In this document: positions 38,275 to 50,344 of the stretch, one piece after another
How positions within the stretch are numbered: position 1 is the first letter of the stretch
Layout of the letters: each line of letters starts with the position of its first letter
Assembly (NCBI RefSeq): GCF_000143415.4
Contig: NW_003314357.1
Span: forward strand, 124,001 to 188,000
Direction of reading: 5' to 3'
DNA length: 64,000 bases
Source: Selaginella moellendorffii
Lineage: Eukaryota; Plantae; Lycopodiophyta
Translations under genes and position numbers: made by a program
Notes under the pieces: model-generated
Told to the model about the DNA's origin: nothing
The model's input: only the letters and a program-made list of their open reading frames with translations
Database searches by the model: none

Positions 38275-39047
38275 AGCCAGACAAGGTATTTGCTGTTTTT
38301 CGTTAAAGGTTTTCGTATTTCTACCTTGCGATACTCATGGAGGTGATGACGCCAGATCAATTCATGAGATGAAATTTACTGAAAAGATGGATGGAGTGGA
38401 AGGCTCGCAGGGAGATGGTGGGTGATGCCAGAACTGTGACGAGTTGCCGAGCAAAGGTTTCCTTGAAGCTGCTAGCAGATCCCGGCTCCGAGCATGGCTT
38501 CCTCTCGGAATCATGCGGTGAAATCGAAGAGAGGTTTCGGCCGAAGTGCTAGCCAGACGGGCTAGAGTTTCGTCAAGGCGCGTTTCATCTCTTCGAAGGG
38601 AGCGTTTACGCCATGGGTGTGAGGAAAGGGGATCAATCCGAGGTGACTTTGGAGTTGCTAAGCTGTGCGCAGGGATGGCAAAGGGTTTGGAAAGGTGGCA
38701 AGTTTTTCTACATGTAGCTATAGATTCTTTGCTCATTTACAGGAGAAGAAGTGGCATTTTGGTCGAACGTTTTGGATTTTGTATCGTCTCCCTTTGGCCC
38801 GTTTGAAACAGTCCTGGATGAAAGTCGGATGACAAGAATTTTATATTCTGAGATTTTTGGCTCTCATCTTTGTCTCTTGCATCTTATAAACGCAAATATT
38901 GTAGAGACTAGCTTTTGTTTTTCTTTCTTGAGGATGAGGACGAGATGGATGATGCGAGGCTTTAGGAGCATCACAAGCTTCTAACCAGCTTCATCATTTA
39001 CCAGATTGGTAGAGCGAGCGTACCTTTTTCTCATCTTAGCTTTGCTG

Positions 39048-40782
39048 TTAGAAATCTATCGACCAGTTCTCCTGCTGTTGTAAGGATGGAAATGGTGGCG
39101 GCGGCAATGGTGGAATGAAGTAATTGGACCCCTCGGGGAGGCAAAAGTCGTCCAGCTCTACGCTCGAATCCTCTGTGATCCTGTTTAGTCCCTGTGGCTG
39201 CTGGTTGGATGGTGCTGCAGCCTTGAACGAAGCAAGATCCGGCAAATCCATTTGCTCCTCCACCGAGCTACTAAAGCTCGACTCTCCTCCAGACCGCTGC
39301 TCCTCCTTGATCGCCGCTGCATTCGCCGTTGGAGCTACACTCCAAGCGCTTCCCCACTCGTCTTGCATCTTCAAATTTCCCAGCTCGATCGATGCTGTTC
39401 GTTGCAGAGCTCCGCCACCTCCACCGCTTCGGTTCCGATCAAACGCAACCTGTCTCATCTTGAGAGCTCGAGGACCTTTCAAAACCTGTGCTCCACCACT
39501 GCCTCCGTCACCACCACCACGAATCGATGACTGGAGCTGCTTGAGAGCTGTCAAAGTCCCGGGATCAAGTTGCTCCACGCCTTTCCCGAACACACCACCG
39601 GCACACGAGGTTGTCCGAGCTATGGAGCTCTTGGATGATCCAGCCGGGCGGACGAACATCGAGCCACCAAAGCTACCACTCTCGTCAGCCTGGAACGAAG
39701 CAATCGGATGAGGTTCCATGTCCACCCCGCTCAAGCGCTTGAGTCCCAGGCGATATTTCTACACAGCACCACCACCACCACCACCACCAAAAACCGGTTA
39801 GTCATATTAGCTGTGCCGAGAAAGCCAAAACAAAACTTACAAATCATAGGCAATATATCACCTGCAAATGACTTGCGACATTCTCCCTCGTGAGTCCTTG
39901 GACATTCATAATCTCCAGAATCCTCTTTGGCACCGCTTCTGCTTCCACAAAGATTTCGATCAAGCATAGCTTCTTCTACTGAAGAAAGATATACAAGCCA
40001 ACTTACTTTCAACGCCCAGCTGATTCACTGCCTTGACGAACAGCCTGTGGAGATCCCCGGACCAGACAACTCGAGCTTTCTTGAGGCCGGAAATGTCTTC
40101 TATCTGCTCATCACCACCCGAACTATCGGCATCCTTTTCTTTCCTCTTCTTGGACGTGTACTCCGGGAACTTCTCGCTGCTATCGTCCCATTCTCCAGAC
40201 GATTCCTCCTTGGCAGCCTCTCTGGCTCCACGCTTTCGCACTACGTGCTGCCAGATGTTCCGGAGCTCTTCGATGCGCACGGGCTTGAGGAGATAGTCGC
40301 AAGCGCCGTGCGTGATCCCTTCCATCACCACGCTCGTCTCTCCATTGCCAGACATCACTACCCAACAAAGATAACACTCTTAGCCATCCAAGTAGTAGAG
40401 AGAAAAAAAAAACCCAAGAGAGAGTGAGAGAGAGAGAGAGTATGATCGCTTACTTATGACTGGAAGATCCATTTCCAAGCCAATGAGCTCCAAGAGCTTG
40501 AATCCATCCATGTCTGGCATGTAGACATCGCTGATGACGAGGTCAAATTGAAATTTCTTCTCGCGTAGCAGCTGCAGCGCTTCCACGGCCCTGCTGCACG
40601 CAGTCACTGGCAGACAAAGATCATCAATTCTCCAGTAAATTCCTCTCGCCCAAAAACTTACCGTGATATTTACACTGTAGGAGCATCTTCTTGAGGAGGA
40701 GCAAGCACAATGGATCATCGTCCACAACCAGCACGCGCATTCCTATAGGAAAGCCCTCTCCATCCGTCGTATCGTCGCTCAT
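39048..40782 (-). CDS. Type-B response regulator (receiver plus GARP/Myb-like domain), cytokinin signalling, multi-exon
   Basis: [62 protein letters not shown]|KYRL. Confidence 0.93.
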
Positions 40783-41488
40783 CGTTTCGGCCCCGGCGAC
40801 TAGGGATTCCTACCGATTCTAGCCAAATCAAACCCTCCCCCGGCCAAGATCACCGCCAATCCCCTCCCCGGCACCGCGGGAATTCACATCCCCGTGCTGC
40901 CAATGGAGTAGAATCCCACACCATCGCCACGCTCGCCCCTAGCCAAAAGAAAAGGAAGAAGAAAGAGGAGAAAAGAGCTCATAGCAAAAGGGAAAGCGAG
41001 TCGTCGGATAGGCTACACGTGGTGAATATTCTGGGGATATTCTTGTCCGGGGTATATTCTGCTTGACAAACGCCCGAGGTGACAATTTGTCAACGATGGT
41101 GTTCTTCACGTACGGCAAGTTGACACTGCATGCCAAGAGATTCCCGTGAAAGACTGGGACTTTAAACACACACATACACACAAAGAGAAGTTCCTTTCTC
41201 TTCTTTAATAGGTGAAGATCTACTCCCACTCTCGGATATAAAACTTCCATCCTCTCATCCCGTACGGAAGACACTCACAAGTTGTATAGAACTTCGTTTT
41301 TCCAAGTACAGGAACAAGAATGTTCTCTCCGTCTCGTACGGAAGACACTGTGACAATAAGATTGTGTGGCCCATTCTTTGTCTTGTCGTACATAGTTCTT
41401 TACTTTATCTCAAGAGCTTCTCTCGAGGTTTTCCTCGATCAATCACCAACTTTAGTAGAAAACTTTAGATCTCGAGGTTCTGATCTCC

Positions 41489-43972
41489 TCAGTAGATGGT
41501 AGCCATGAGGACGTACGGCGAAGCGCTCTTGCCCTCCACCTCCATGATCTTCCCAAACGCGAGCTTCGCCACCTCCACATTCTTCCACTTCTTACACGCC
41601 GCCAAGACGCTCGTCCACACCGCCGCATCCGCTCGCCCCGGCATGCTCTCGATCATCTCCACCGCCTCGCGGAGCCGATTGTCACGTCCCAGCATGTCGA
41701 TCACGCAAGTGTAGTGAGCGATCCCGGGAGCAACCGACGAGCTCGCCACCATCGCCTCGAAAATCTTCGTGCCTCGATCCACGAGCCCGGCATGGCTGCA
41801 AGCCGCGAGGACCGGCAGGAAAGTCGCGGCTTCGGGATCCAATCCTTCCTCCTGGAGCTCGCGGAAGAGCTCGAAAACTCGCGCTGGATCGCCGTGGCGG
41901 CTGTATCCACTGACGAGAGCGTTCCAGTGAGGAAGAGCTGGAGAAGTGGTTGAGTCGAAGACGTGGTGCGCGACGACCATGCTGCTGCCACACTTGCCGT
42001 AGAAATCGATCAGGGAGCTCGCCACCGCAGCGTCACTCTGGAATCCATCCCGGCAGGCCAGAGCGTGGAGTTTTCTCCCAGAGTCGAGGCTGGCGAGGCC
42101 GCTGGAAGCCATGAGAGCCGCGACGATGGTGAGCGGCGAAGAAGAGACTCTTCCTCCTCCAAGAGCCAGCATCTCCTCCAGGAGATCTAGTGCTTGTTGG
42201 TGCTGCTCGTTTTCCACGAATCCCAGCATCATCGCGTGCCAGGACACGGGCGTGCGCTGCTGCTGCCCGATCGAGTTGAAGACCAGCTTCGCATCGCTCA
42301 ATCCTCCACACTTAGCGTACATGTCGATCAAGGTGTTGGCGACGAAGATATCTGTGTCGTGTCCCAGCTCCATCGCTCGGCGATGGATCCTCCTCCCTCT
42401 TTCCAAACACTGTTGGAGCTTGGACGAAGATCCACACTTTCCACCATCGCCATCTTTGGAAGCCAAGCTGGTGCAAGCCGAGAGAGCAACCCTGAAAGTT
42501 CTGGCGTTTGGAAGAACGCTGCTGCTTGCCACCATGGATTCGAAGAGCTCGAGAGCTAGCTCCGGCTCGCCATTCTCGGAGAGTCCCAGCAGCAGCGACG
42601 TCCAGCAAACGACGTTGTGAATCGCCATCCTGTCAAATACCGCTCGAGCGTCGGCGAGGCTTCCACAGCTCGAATACATGTCCACCAGCGTGCTCGCGAC
42701 GAACAAGTCGGAGGTATCCAGCCCCAGCTTCGCCGCCTCACGGTGGATCGCGATTCCTTTCTCCAGTGACACCAGCTTTAGAGCAGGATCGTCGACTTGT
42801 TGGCCGATGCTCGAGCAGGCCATGAGCGCCCCCACCAAAGTCCGAGGATTCGGCGACCATGATCGCTTTCCACCATCACCCTGCGAGAATAAAATGGATA
42901 GAGCGAGCTCGGCTTGATCGTTTTCCACGTACCCGAGCAAAAGAGAGTTGAGCACGATCATGTTGTGGCAAGGCATTCGCTCGAAAACTCGTCGAGCATC
43001 CTCCAGGCTTCCACACCTCGCGAACGCGTCCACCAGCGCGCCCGCGAAGAAGATCTCTTGCTCCACTCCATGTTCCCGAGCCAGGCAGTGGATCGCCCTC
43101 GCTCTCTCCAAACTCGAGAGCTTCAGTCTTCCATCAACGCCTTGCTCCTTTCCTGCGAGACCAGCACAAGCCATGAGCACCGCCACAAAAGTATGAGCGT
43201 TTGGATCACACACCTCGAGCATCGAGTGGAAAAACTCCAGCGCAAGCTCCAGATCACGATCGTCGCTGCTCTCAGCGTATCCCAGCAGCAAGCTCGTCCA
43301 TGCCACCACGTCGTGGCGATCCATCCTATCAAAGACAATGCGGGCATCCAGCAAGCTTCCACTCTTCACGTACATGTCGATGAGAGCACTCCCAACGAAG
43401 ATCTCCGTGGAGTCGAGCTTGCTGCTGGCTGCCAGGGAGTGGATCGCCATCCCTTTCTCCAGGCAAGAAATCACGGAGCTTCCATCTTTGCTTGCCGCTG
43501 CCAGCTTGGAGCACGCGGTGAGAAGAGCCACCAAGATCCTGGAGTCGCCAGCGAGATTCTCGGCCAGGATGCGAGGGAGGAGATCGAGGGCCTGCTCGAA
43601 ATCCTCGTTGATCACGTAGCCAGTGACGAGAGCCGTCCAGGCGATGGCGTCGCGGCGGATCATCTGGTCGAAGACGCGGCGGGAGCTCTCCATGCTGCCG
43701 CAGCGGGCGTACATTGTGGCGGTGGCGGTGGCGACGAAGATCTCGTGCTGGAGATGGCGCTGGATGGCATCGAAGTGGAGCTTCTTGGCCGTGTCCATGT
43801 CGCGGCAGGAGCCACACGCCCTGAAAGCGTCCAGCAAGCTCCACAGCGACGGCGAGGGAGGAGACTTCTCATCGCCCTCTTGCTCCGGCGCTCGAAGCGG
43901 AGATGGGAATGGGTGATTTCTTGTTCGTGCTGCCCTGAGAGAGAAGCACTTACGTGATCTTAGTAACACCAT
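41489..43972 (-). CDS. PLS-class pentatricopeptide repeat protein ending in an E domain, no DYW
   Basis: Repeated ALIDMYxKCGSLxDAxxVF / VVxWTSLL motifs; HYTCVIDMLGR; E domain WTSVLAACK...YVLMATIY*. Intronless. Confidence 0.93.
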   Translation of the reverse strand: MVLLRSRKCFSLRAARTRNHPFPSPLRAPEQEGDEKSPPSPSLWSLLDAFRACGSCRDMDTAKKLHFDAIQRHLQHEIFVATATATMYARCGSMESSRRVFDQMIRRDAIAWTALVTGYVINEDFEQALDLLPRILAENLAGDSRILVALLTACSKLAAASKDGSSVISCLEKGMAIHSLAASSKLDSTEIFVGSALIDMYVKSGSLLDARIVFDRMDRHDVVAWTSLLLGYAESSDDRDLELALEFFHSMLEVCDPNAHTFVAVLMACAGLAGKEQGVDGRLKLSSLERARAIHCLAREHGVEQEIFFAGALVDAFARCGSLEDARRVFERMPCHNMIVLNSLLLGYVENDQAELALSILFSQGDGGKRSWSPNPRTLVGALMACSSIGQQVDDPALKLVSLEKGIAIHREAAKLGLDTSDLFVASTLVDMYSSCGSLADARAVFDRMAIHNVVCWTSLLLGLSENGEPELALELFESMVASSSVLPNARTFRVALSACTSLASKDGDGGKCGSSSKLQQCLERGRRIHRRAMELGHDTDIFVANTLIDMYAKCGGLSDAKLVFNSIGQQQRTPVSWHAMMLGFVENEQHQQALDLLEEMLALGGGRVSSSPLTIVAALMASSGLASLDSGRKLHALACRDGFQSDAAVASSLIDFYGKCGSSMVVAHHVFDSTTSPALPHWNALVSGYSRHGDPARVFELFRELQEEGLDPEAATFLPVLAACSHAGLVDRGTKIFEAMVASSSVAPGIAHYTCVIDMLGRDNRLREAVEMIESMPGRADAAVWTSVLAACKKWKNVEVAKLAFGKIMEVEGKSASPYVLMATIY

Positions 43973-44071
43973 CAATCATCTTGCGCATTCTCCAAGAACC
44001 CTAAACTCCTCTACTTGGAAGAATTTCTTGATAGAACTATCAACTTTAGAACAAAAGGAAGAACCAAATCT

Positions 44072-47059
44072 TCAAAGCAATTGCTGGAGCGCTTGGAGCT
44101 CCTCCATCTCGATCGATCTCGCAGCACTATCGCCCTTCCATTCCTCCACCACAATCTCGTAAACTCGCCGCTGCTGCCGAGGATTCCCAATCACCCGGCG
44201 AGCATCGAATTCGCCACAGAGCTTGAGCTTCTTGGACGCCGGCTCCAACTTGTCCACCACGTCGCCCAAGATCGGCTCCTTGGACACATACTCCATCCTC
44301 GCCTCCACAAGCTTCCTCATCGCCCTCTTCACGCCATCGCCAAGCTTCATGGCCTCGTCCACCAGCCCCTCCTCTCTCGCCAGCATCCTCCTCAAGAGAT
44401 TCGCCCTCTTGCTCACGCACTCCACCATCGCTCCAAGCAGCTCCTCCTCCTCCAGCCACAGCAAGAGCTCGAAAACCTTCTTCTGGTCCTTCCAAGTCTT
44501 GAAAAAATCCTGGTAGCTACAGAATCGATCCTTCTTTGTGCCGCTGGAGGTGCCACCGTGGTATTCAGTCCAGGCACTCATCTCCGCTAGATCAGCCACG
44601 CTCACCAGCTGATCCGCGCAAAACTTGACCAGCACCTTCTTGGCCGCCTCGTTGTTCTTCAAGCCAACCAAGCCCGCAGCCTTTTGCATGGTAATGATCG
44701 CAACACAACACTCGCTCTCCCCCAAGAGGAACCGTGACGTGTCCAGTATGAGCTCGGGCTTGTTTAGCAGCAGCATAACCACGATCCAGTGCTCTTGTAG
44801 ATTGGTCCTTCCCGGACCACTTTTTTCCGTGAACTTCCGTGCAGCACAGTCGCAAGGAAAGGGCCTGGCAGCGAAACCCAGCGCTTCATTGTGATGTCCC
44901 AGCGATTCTAGCTCCAGCATAAACTCCACCATGTCGCGCACGTACGCCTCACACAGCTCTCCCGAGCTCTTGCCTTTCAAACTGGACCCGGAACTATCAC
45001 GACTATAGCCATAGCCATAGAAACGGTGTGGCTTCTTCTCTTCCTCTTTCTCTGCCACCTTTCCATCCTCCGCCATCTTCTTCCTTTCATCCCAGGCTCT
45101 CTCCACTTCGGCGCTGCGGCTCGAGAAAGAATGCATCACTTTGGCCAGCGTTCTGCCGTCCAGCCTCTGGAGAGTTAGCTTGCCGAGAATCTGCGAGGCC
45201 TCCTGCTGGAGCCCAGCTTCGAGGCAAAACTCGACCAAGAGCGTGATCCCATCATCTTCTCTTTTCGTGAAGCCGCCCTGGAACTCGGCCGGGAGCTCGG
45301 TGGAGTTTGCGATGAGCTTGGCACACAGTAGCTTTGCAGCTCCAATGGCCCCGTCCTGATACCCGACCTGGTCCCGCAGCGGCGAAGGAAAGCCTCCCAG
45401 CTTCATCACAGCGGCATGCCACGCAGGAGCTTCACCACCTTCGTATTGCCTTAGAAAGGATACTTGTTTCTTAGGTGGAGTCTTCTCCACGCACTTTATG
45501 ACTCCAGCAACGACCTCCTTGCAAACCTCCCAGCCGTAAGCTTGCACGGCATTGGCGAATTCCCTGGTTTCTATCAGCTCCACACCCCAGCTCCTCATGA
45601 TCGACAGCGCCTCGTCGCTAAGCCCAGACTTGATGCAAACTTCGAGCAGCATTGCCGGACCATGGAGGAGCTCTTCTCGCTCGTTGTAATAGCTCCTTTC
45701 GAGAAGCGGAGCCAGCGAATCAAACCGGTGTGTCAAAGACGTGACCATCTCCTGCAAGTATGCCCTCGACAGTGATTCAGGAGCTGCAAAGTCACCGCCA
45801 TTTTCTCTCATCCAGTCCAGCACCCAAGGTATGTCCTTTACCGACGAGCAGATCGTTCTCATCAGGCTGCCCTTGGGCCAAACCACGAGCACTGCTACGT
45901 GATAGAAGTACTGATCAGTTCCACCTTCGTTGCCAGCCATCATCCCGGTTCCTTGGAACTCGTCCTCGAGGAAATCAAACAAGTCAGCGTCGTCATCGTC
46001 GCCATAATTGGTAGCTGTCCTGAGAACTTCTTGCTTGATGTCTATGTTCCACTTCATAAACTTTGCTGGCTGGTCGTCCGCTCTGATCCAATTGTCAATC
46101 ACGTACTCGACCTCGGAACCGTCTGTCACGGTCTTGTGCTTGGTGAGCATGCAGAGATGGAGCTCCAGAAACTCGCAAGCTCTCACGAGAGCGGGGCCGC
46201 CACGCGGTCGTGACCCTTGAGCCCCGCAAAAGAGAGGCTTGTCTTCGAGTATTTGTGAGCCAAAGGAATCGCCAGGAGCTTACGACCCTTCCTGTCACTT
46301 TTGCCGACGGCGTCTCGATCTGCTTGACCATCACCAGTAGCAGCCCATTGCTGGAAGAGAGCTCTCACTTGGGGAAGAGCCGAGACGAACGACGGGAGTT
46401 TGATTTCTCGGACGGGAGCTCCAGCCACTACTTCTCGACGATCTTCTTTTGCGACTGCGAGCACCAGCTCAAGGAGGTGACGAGCGGGTCGAGGTTGTGC
46501 CTGGTTTTTAGCCTGGTGAGAAACAACGTGGAGTTTATACCTCGCAGCACTGCCGTCCCTGAGCCCCGCCGCTGTGTCCCGTGGTCGTCGGAAGTTGCAA
46601 GATCATCGTCGCAAACATGCCATCTTCCTTCTCCATGTCCCTGTGGAACTTGAAGTGGCCGCCAGCCTCGTAGAGCAGCAGCTTGTAGAGCTTGACGTCG
46701 AGCTCCAGAGCAGTCGAATCCAACCCCATGACGGAGAGTCCATGCGCAGCCAAGTCGTGAGCCACGGACGACAAGAAGTTTGGAACCTCGGGGCAAGAGA
46801 CCCTCTCGGGATTGATCTGCGCGCTAACCCAGATCCCACAAAGGGTGTTGATTGATTAAGACAGCAGGGCCAAGCTCGCCTCACATCCGTGTCGACGAGA
46901 GTTCTCTCCCCAAGGCCGTATGGAGCTTGCTGGCACACGGACTTGATCTTGTCGAGACCCAGGGGCGAGAGTGGAAGATCCACCTTCCACCAGGAGCGAC
47001 ACTGGCATCCGAAACTTTGCTACATCGATCTCACCTCTGTTGAGCTGCGCCATCGCCAT
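44072..47059 (-). pseudogene. Large 2OG-Fe(II) oxygenase-domain protein gene, disrupted in its 5' part by frameshifts and an internal inversion; the 3' 704 codons are open
   Basis: LPL...QAPYGLGERTLVDTDVRRAW, LYKLLLYEAGGHFKFHRDMEKEDGMFATMILQLP...HSGG on the minus strand. FCDCEHQLKEVTSGSRLCLVFSL on the plus strand. Then LAHKYSKTSLSFAGLKGHD and AGNEG on the minus strand. Confidence 0.82.
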
Positions 47060-47799
47060 TCTCTTCTCTTGGACCTAGACATGTTATAAGGATGGAAATC
47101 TTGAATCGTAAGTTCCAAAGCTTTAGGGTTTATCAGGTAAATGCGGGTGCTCTTAAAATTTAGGGCTGCCGCATTGAAACCCAAACCTTATACCCCTTCA
47201 CTTGCCTTAGAAAGAATACTTGTTTCTTAGGTGGACCTGGTAGAAGTGGTGACAAACAGGTTATTGCCGCGGGCTATGTTCCTGTGGCCTCATGCTCCTG
47301 CGGCCTCGTGTGTGGCATTCATGGAGGTGACATAAACGACTACGTGCCAGATTGGCCACGCGTGCATGTGGCCGTCTGCAATCCTCGCACGGCTACCCAC
47401 TGACCTTAACAACACTCCTGATTCAGCGCACACCTATGGTCAGATCAAGTTGGAAATGAGCGGCAACCATATCAGTTCAGCCTTCACCTGCTTTGCACAC
47501 AATCAAGTGATACATACACCGTTTATACTTGGCGCTCGAGCGGCCACACCACCTCTAGTATACTCAGTCAGTCAGACTGGCCTCTTCAACTTAGCAATCT
47601 GCTAGTGATGCACACACTAACATGCTTGACTCTGGAGAGGCCCGAAGCTCTCAATCTCAAACATCATAATTGGCTGGAACTTCCAATAAGTGTGCACTGC
47701 CTCAAGCTTGCATCTACATCCCATAGAACCTTGTCACAAGGGCTGCTGGGTAAGCTCACGATCATGGGGCCACATTGCAATACATCTAAGTCAGTTCCC

Positions 47800-49622
47800 T
47801 TCAAGCAAGTAAAAAATTGTTATATAAGTATACTGTGACGTCACCCTAAGACTGTTAAATGTAAGCTTGCCCACTAATCAAGTGGTGGCTTCTTGTTTGG
47901 CTATTGTGGGGTAGAAAAATGACATGGCAAATAAGCTTCAAGGAAAACTCAATGCCACTTCCACTAGCAAAAGTGTTAAATGAAAAAAGTGTGTGATGGA
48001 AGCATTATCTCTGGCTGCCATGGAAAAGGTTACAATTGAAGTACCTGTTAGAGGGTCAAGATATAGTAGGACATACTGCATAGGTTTCTCAAGCATCCTT
48101 CCATGGATGATGTTTTCAAGAAGTCAGTGATGGTTAGTGTTGTGGCTGATAAGGCCCTTGAGAACCTTATCTTTAGGCCAAAGCGTCCACCATATGGCGA
48201 AAAGAGCAGCATTAGATTCAGTCTTCAAATAGAGAAAGCTGTAGACAGATCATAGTTGGCGGGAGAAAAGAGAAGCCATCCAAGAATCAGATATCTCTTT
48301 GATTTATTTGTTTCCCTATGTCATGTGCTCATTAGGACAAATCAGGGCATCACTCAAAACTTTCCTTGAGAAGCCAGATATATTTTTCCAATTCATAAGT
48401 CCCTGGATGAGGTTTGTGGTTTTAGGAAAGTTGTGACTCTTGCTTCTCAATGTCTTAAGCCAATCTTTTGTTTCTCAATGCTATGCAATATGACAGGGAG
48501 ACAATTGAAAACATAATTGGTTTTTGTGACTTGTCAGATTGAGCTGTAGAAGGCCTTTGGCAAGGAGAACTATGAGTGTACATGTGTGTATCTTATAATG
48601 GTGCAGGATGCATGGGAGTGTGCATGACATTGTGGACTTTTTCCTTTGTCCACAGCATGATGGGAGCATTATTGCTAAGATAAATTCATCCACTAAAAGA
48701 TCTTCTTGTTGAATAGGATGTCATCAATTGAAAAAATAATTTGAAATGAGTAATATGCAAAAAGAATATGCAAACTTTCACTAATGGGTGCCTAATCTAC
48801 TGATGGTAGCTGGTGTACAAAAAATGGGAATTGTAAATGGTATGTCTTTTTTGTTTTGGTTTGTTTGTCAGCTAACAATCATCTAGGAATTCAATGTGGG
48901 CGTTGTAATCTTGATGAGCATTAAATCATTGCAACCAAGTCCAGTGTACAAGGATCCTAGAAAGGTTGTCCTTTTCATCTGAGTCTGCAAGAGCTTGGCC
49001 ACTTGACAGCATAAAGAATGCTTGACTTTTGACTGGAAAGGTCAGAAAGACTAAAGTTTAAAAGAATTTTGGCAAGTGCCAAGTGAAGAACATTAATGTA
49101 TTTTATCTTGTCCTTCTTGGCTATGGAGAGAGATGCCTTGAACACCAAGTGTGCTTGGCACTCAAAGTTGTGCTTGGCCCACTTGTAGCTACCTCATAGT
49201 TTGGATACTCATCACATTGAGGGTGTGGGCATCCAAGCCTTCATTAGACAACTTGTTCCAGTGAATGAAGTTCTTCTTTGTACTGCCATTAGGGTGTAAG
49301 CTTTTGAGTTTGGACTTCTTAAGAGGTCACCCAGCCCAATACTATTCAAAGTCAAGGACACTTAACCCCAAGTATCCCAAGACCTTTAACTGATTGGAAA
49401 AAGGAGTGCACTTTTATTTATGGGCCCTTTCCCTCTATATTTGAACCCTATAAACCATCTCTCAAGTCGTTTTCTTTGGTTACTTACATAGGGGTAGTGG
49501 TCCTCCTTTGGGTGCTTGAACTTCAAGTTTTTTTCCTGCTTGGACACATATTTGGACATTGCAAGATGTAATAACAAGAGATGTGGCAAGAAAAGAGATA
49601 GAAGAGCTCCTAGTATAGAAAA
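47800..49622 (-). mobile_element. Highly degenerate Gypsy pol (RT) remnant hosting later insertions
   Basis: Scraps such as IDDILF and HIEFL on the minus strand; no intact ORF. Boundaries approximate. Confidence 0.4.
49295..49488 (-). mobile_element. Solo LTR of Cassandra-like TRIM
   Basis: TGTAAG...CTTACA, 194 bp, flanked by a perfect TSD TAGGG; contains the 5S-like segment. Confidence 0.88.
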
Positions 49623-50344
49623 TGAAACGAACAGGAAAGCGAACCCTAGGCCAACCTCCCAACCTTAAGGCATTACAGCCTTAAATCCCACAGGCCATGG
49701 AATATTCTTAGAATATTCCTGTGGTTCATGTCATTCTCCCCTCCCTCATGACCCAGCCATATACAGCAGCCTCGAGAAGCTAAATGAGCCTTATATGAAA
49801 GGAGTCCAAAGCAATACGGCCATGGAGAAAAGATGTGCAAACGACAACACCAACGTCGCGACAAATGGCCACGAAAGAAAGAAAGCAATACGGCTTTCTC
49901 ACATGACAATATGGTCATGGAAACAAGAGAATGAGAATAAAACAAACGGCTCAAATTATATAGCAATGCGGCTATAGAACTCAATTCTCCCTTTCTTCAG
50001 GAATGTCATCCAAGTCATAACCAAAACTCGGAAACACTCTCTTCATGTTATCCTCAATTTCCCATGTAGCTTCGTTCATGGAATAACCATTCCACTGAAC
50101 TAACAACTCCCTAGTTGTCTTCCGGCTTGTTTTCACCAATCTTTGAGCAAGAATATTGGCCGGACTAGCCTTTTTTGCATCAATCTCTAGGACTTGGATG
50201 ATGGACTGATCCACAACATCACCAGAGTGCAAACATGCTTTAAGTTTGTTCATATGGAACGTTGGATGAATTTTTGAACTAACTGGTAAGTCCAAAGTGT
50301 ATGCAAGATCCCCCATACACTATAAAATTGTCCAAGGCCCACAA

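Noticed and set aside
38300-39040. Small ORFs between ARP3 and the response regulator
   Set aside because: No recognisable motifs; consistent with convergent 3' UTRs.
39730-39765. KYRLGLK instead of KYRLYLK in the GARP domain as a sign of altered specificity
   Set aside because: The SHLQKYR core is intact; one substitution is insufficient evidence.
42914-43957. 347-aa and other plus-strand ORFs over the PPR gene
   Set aside because: Antisense shadows of GC-rich coding sequence.
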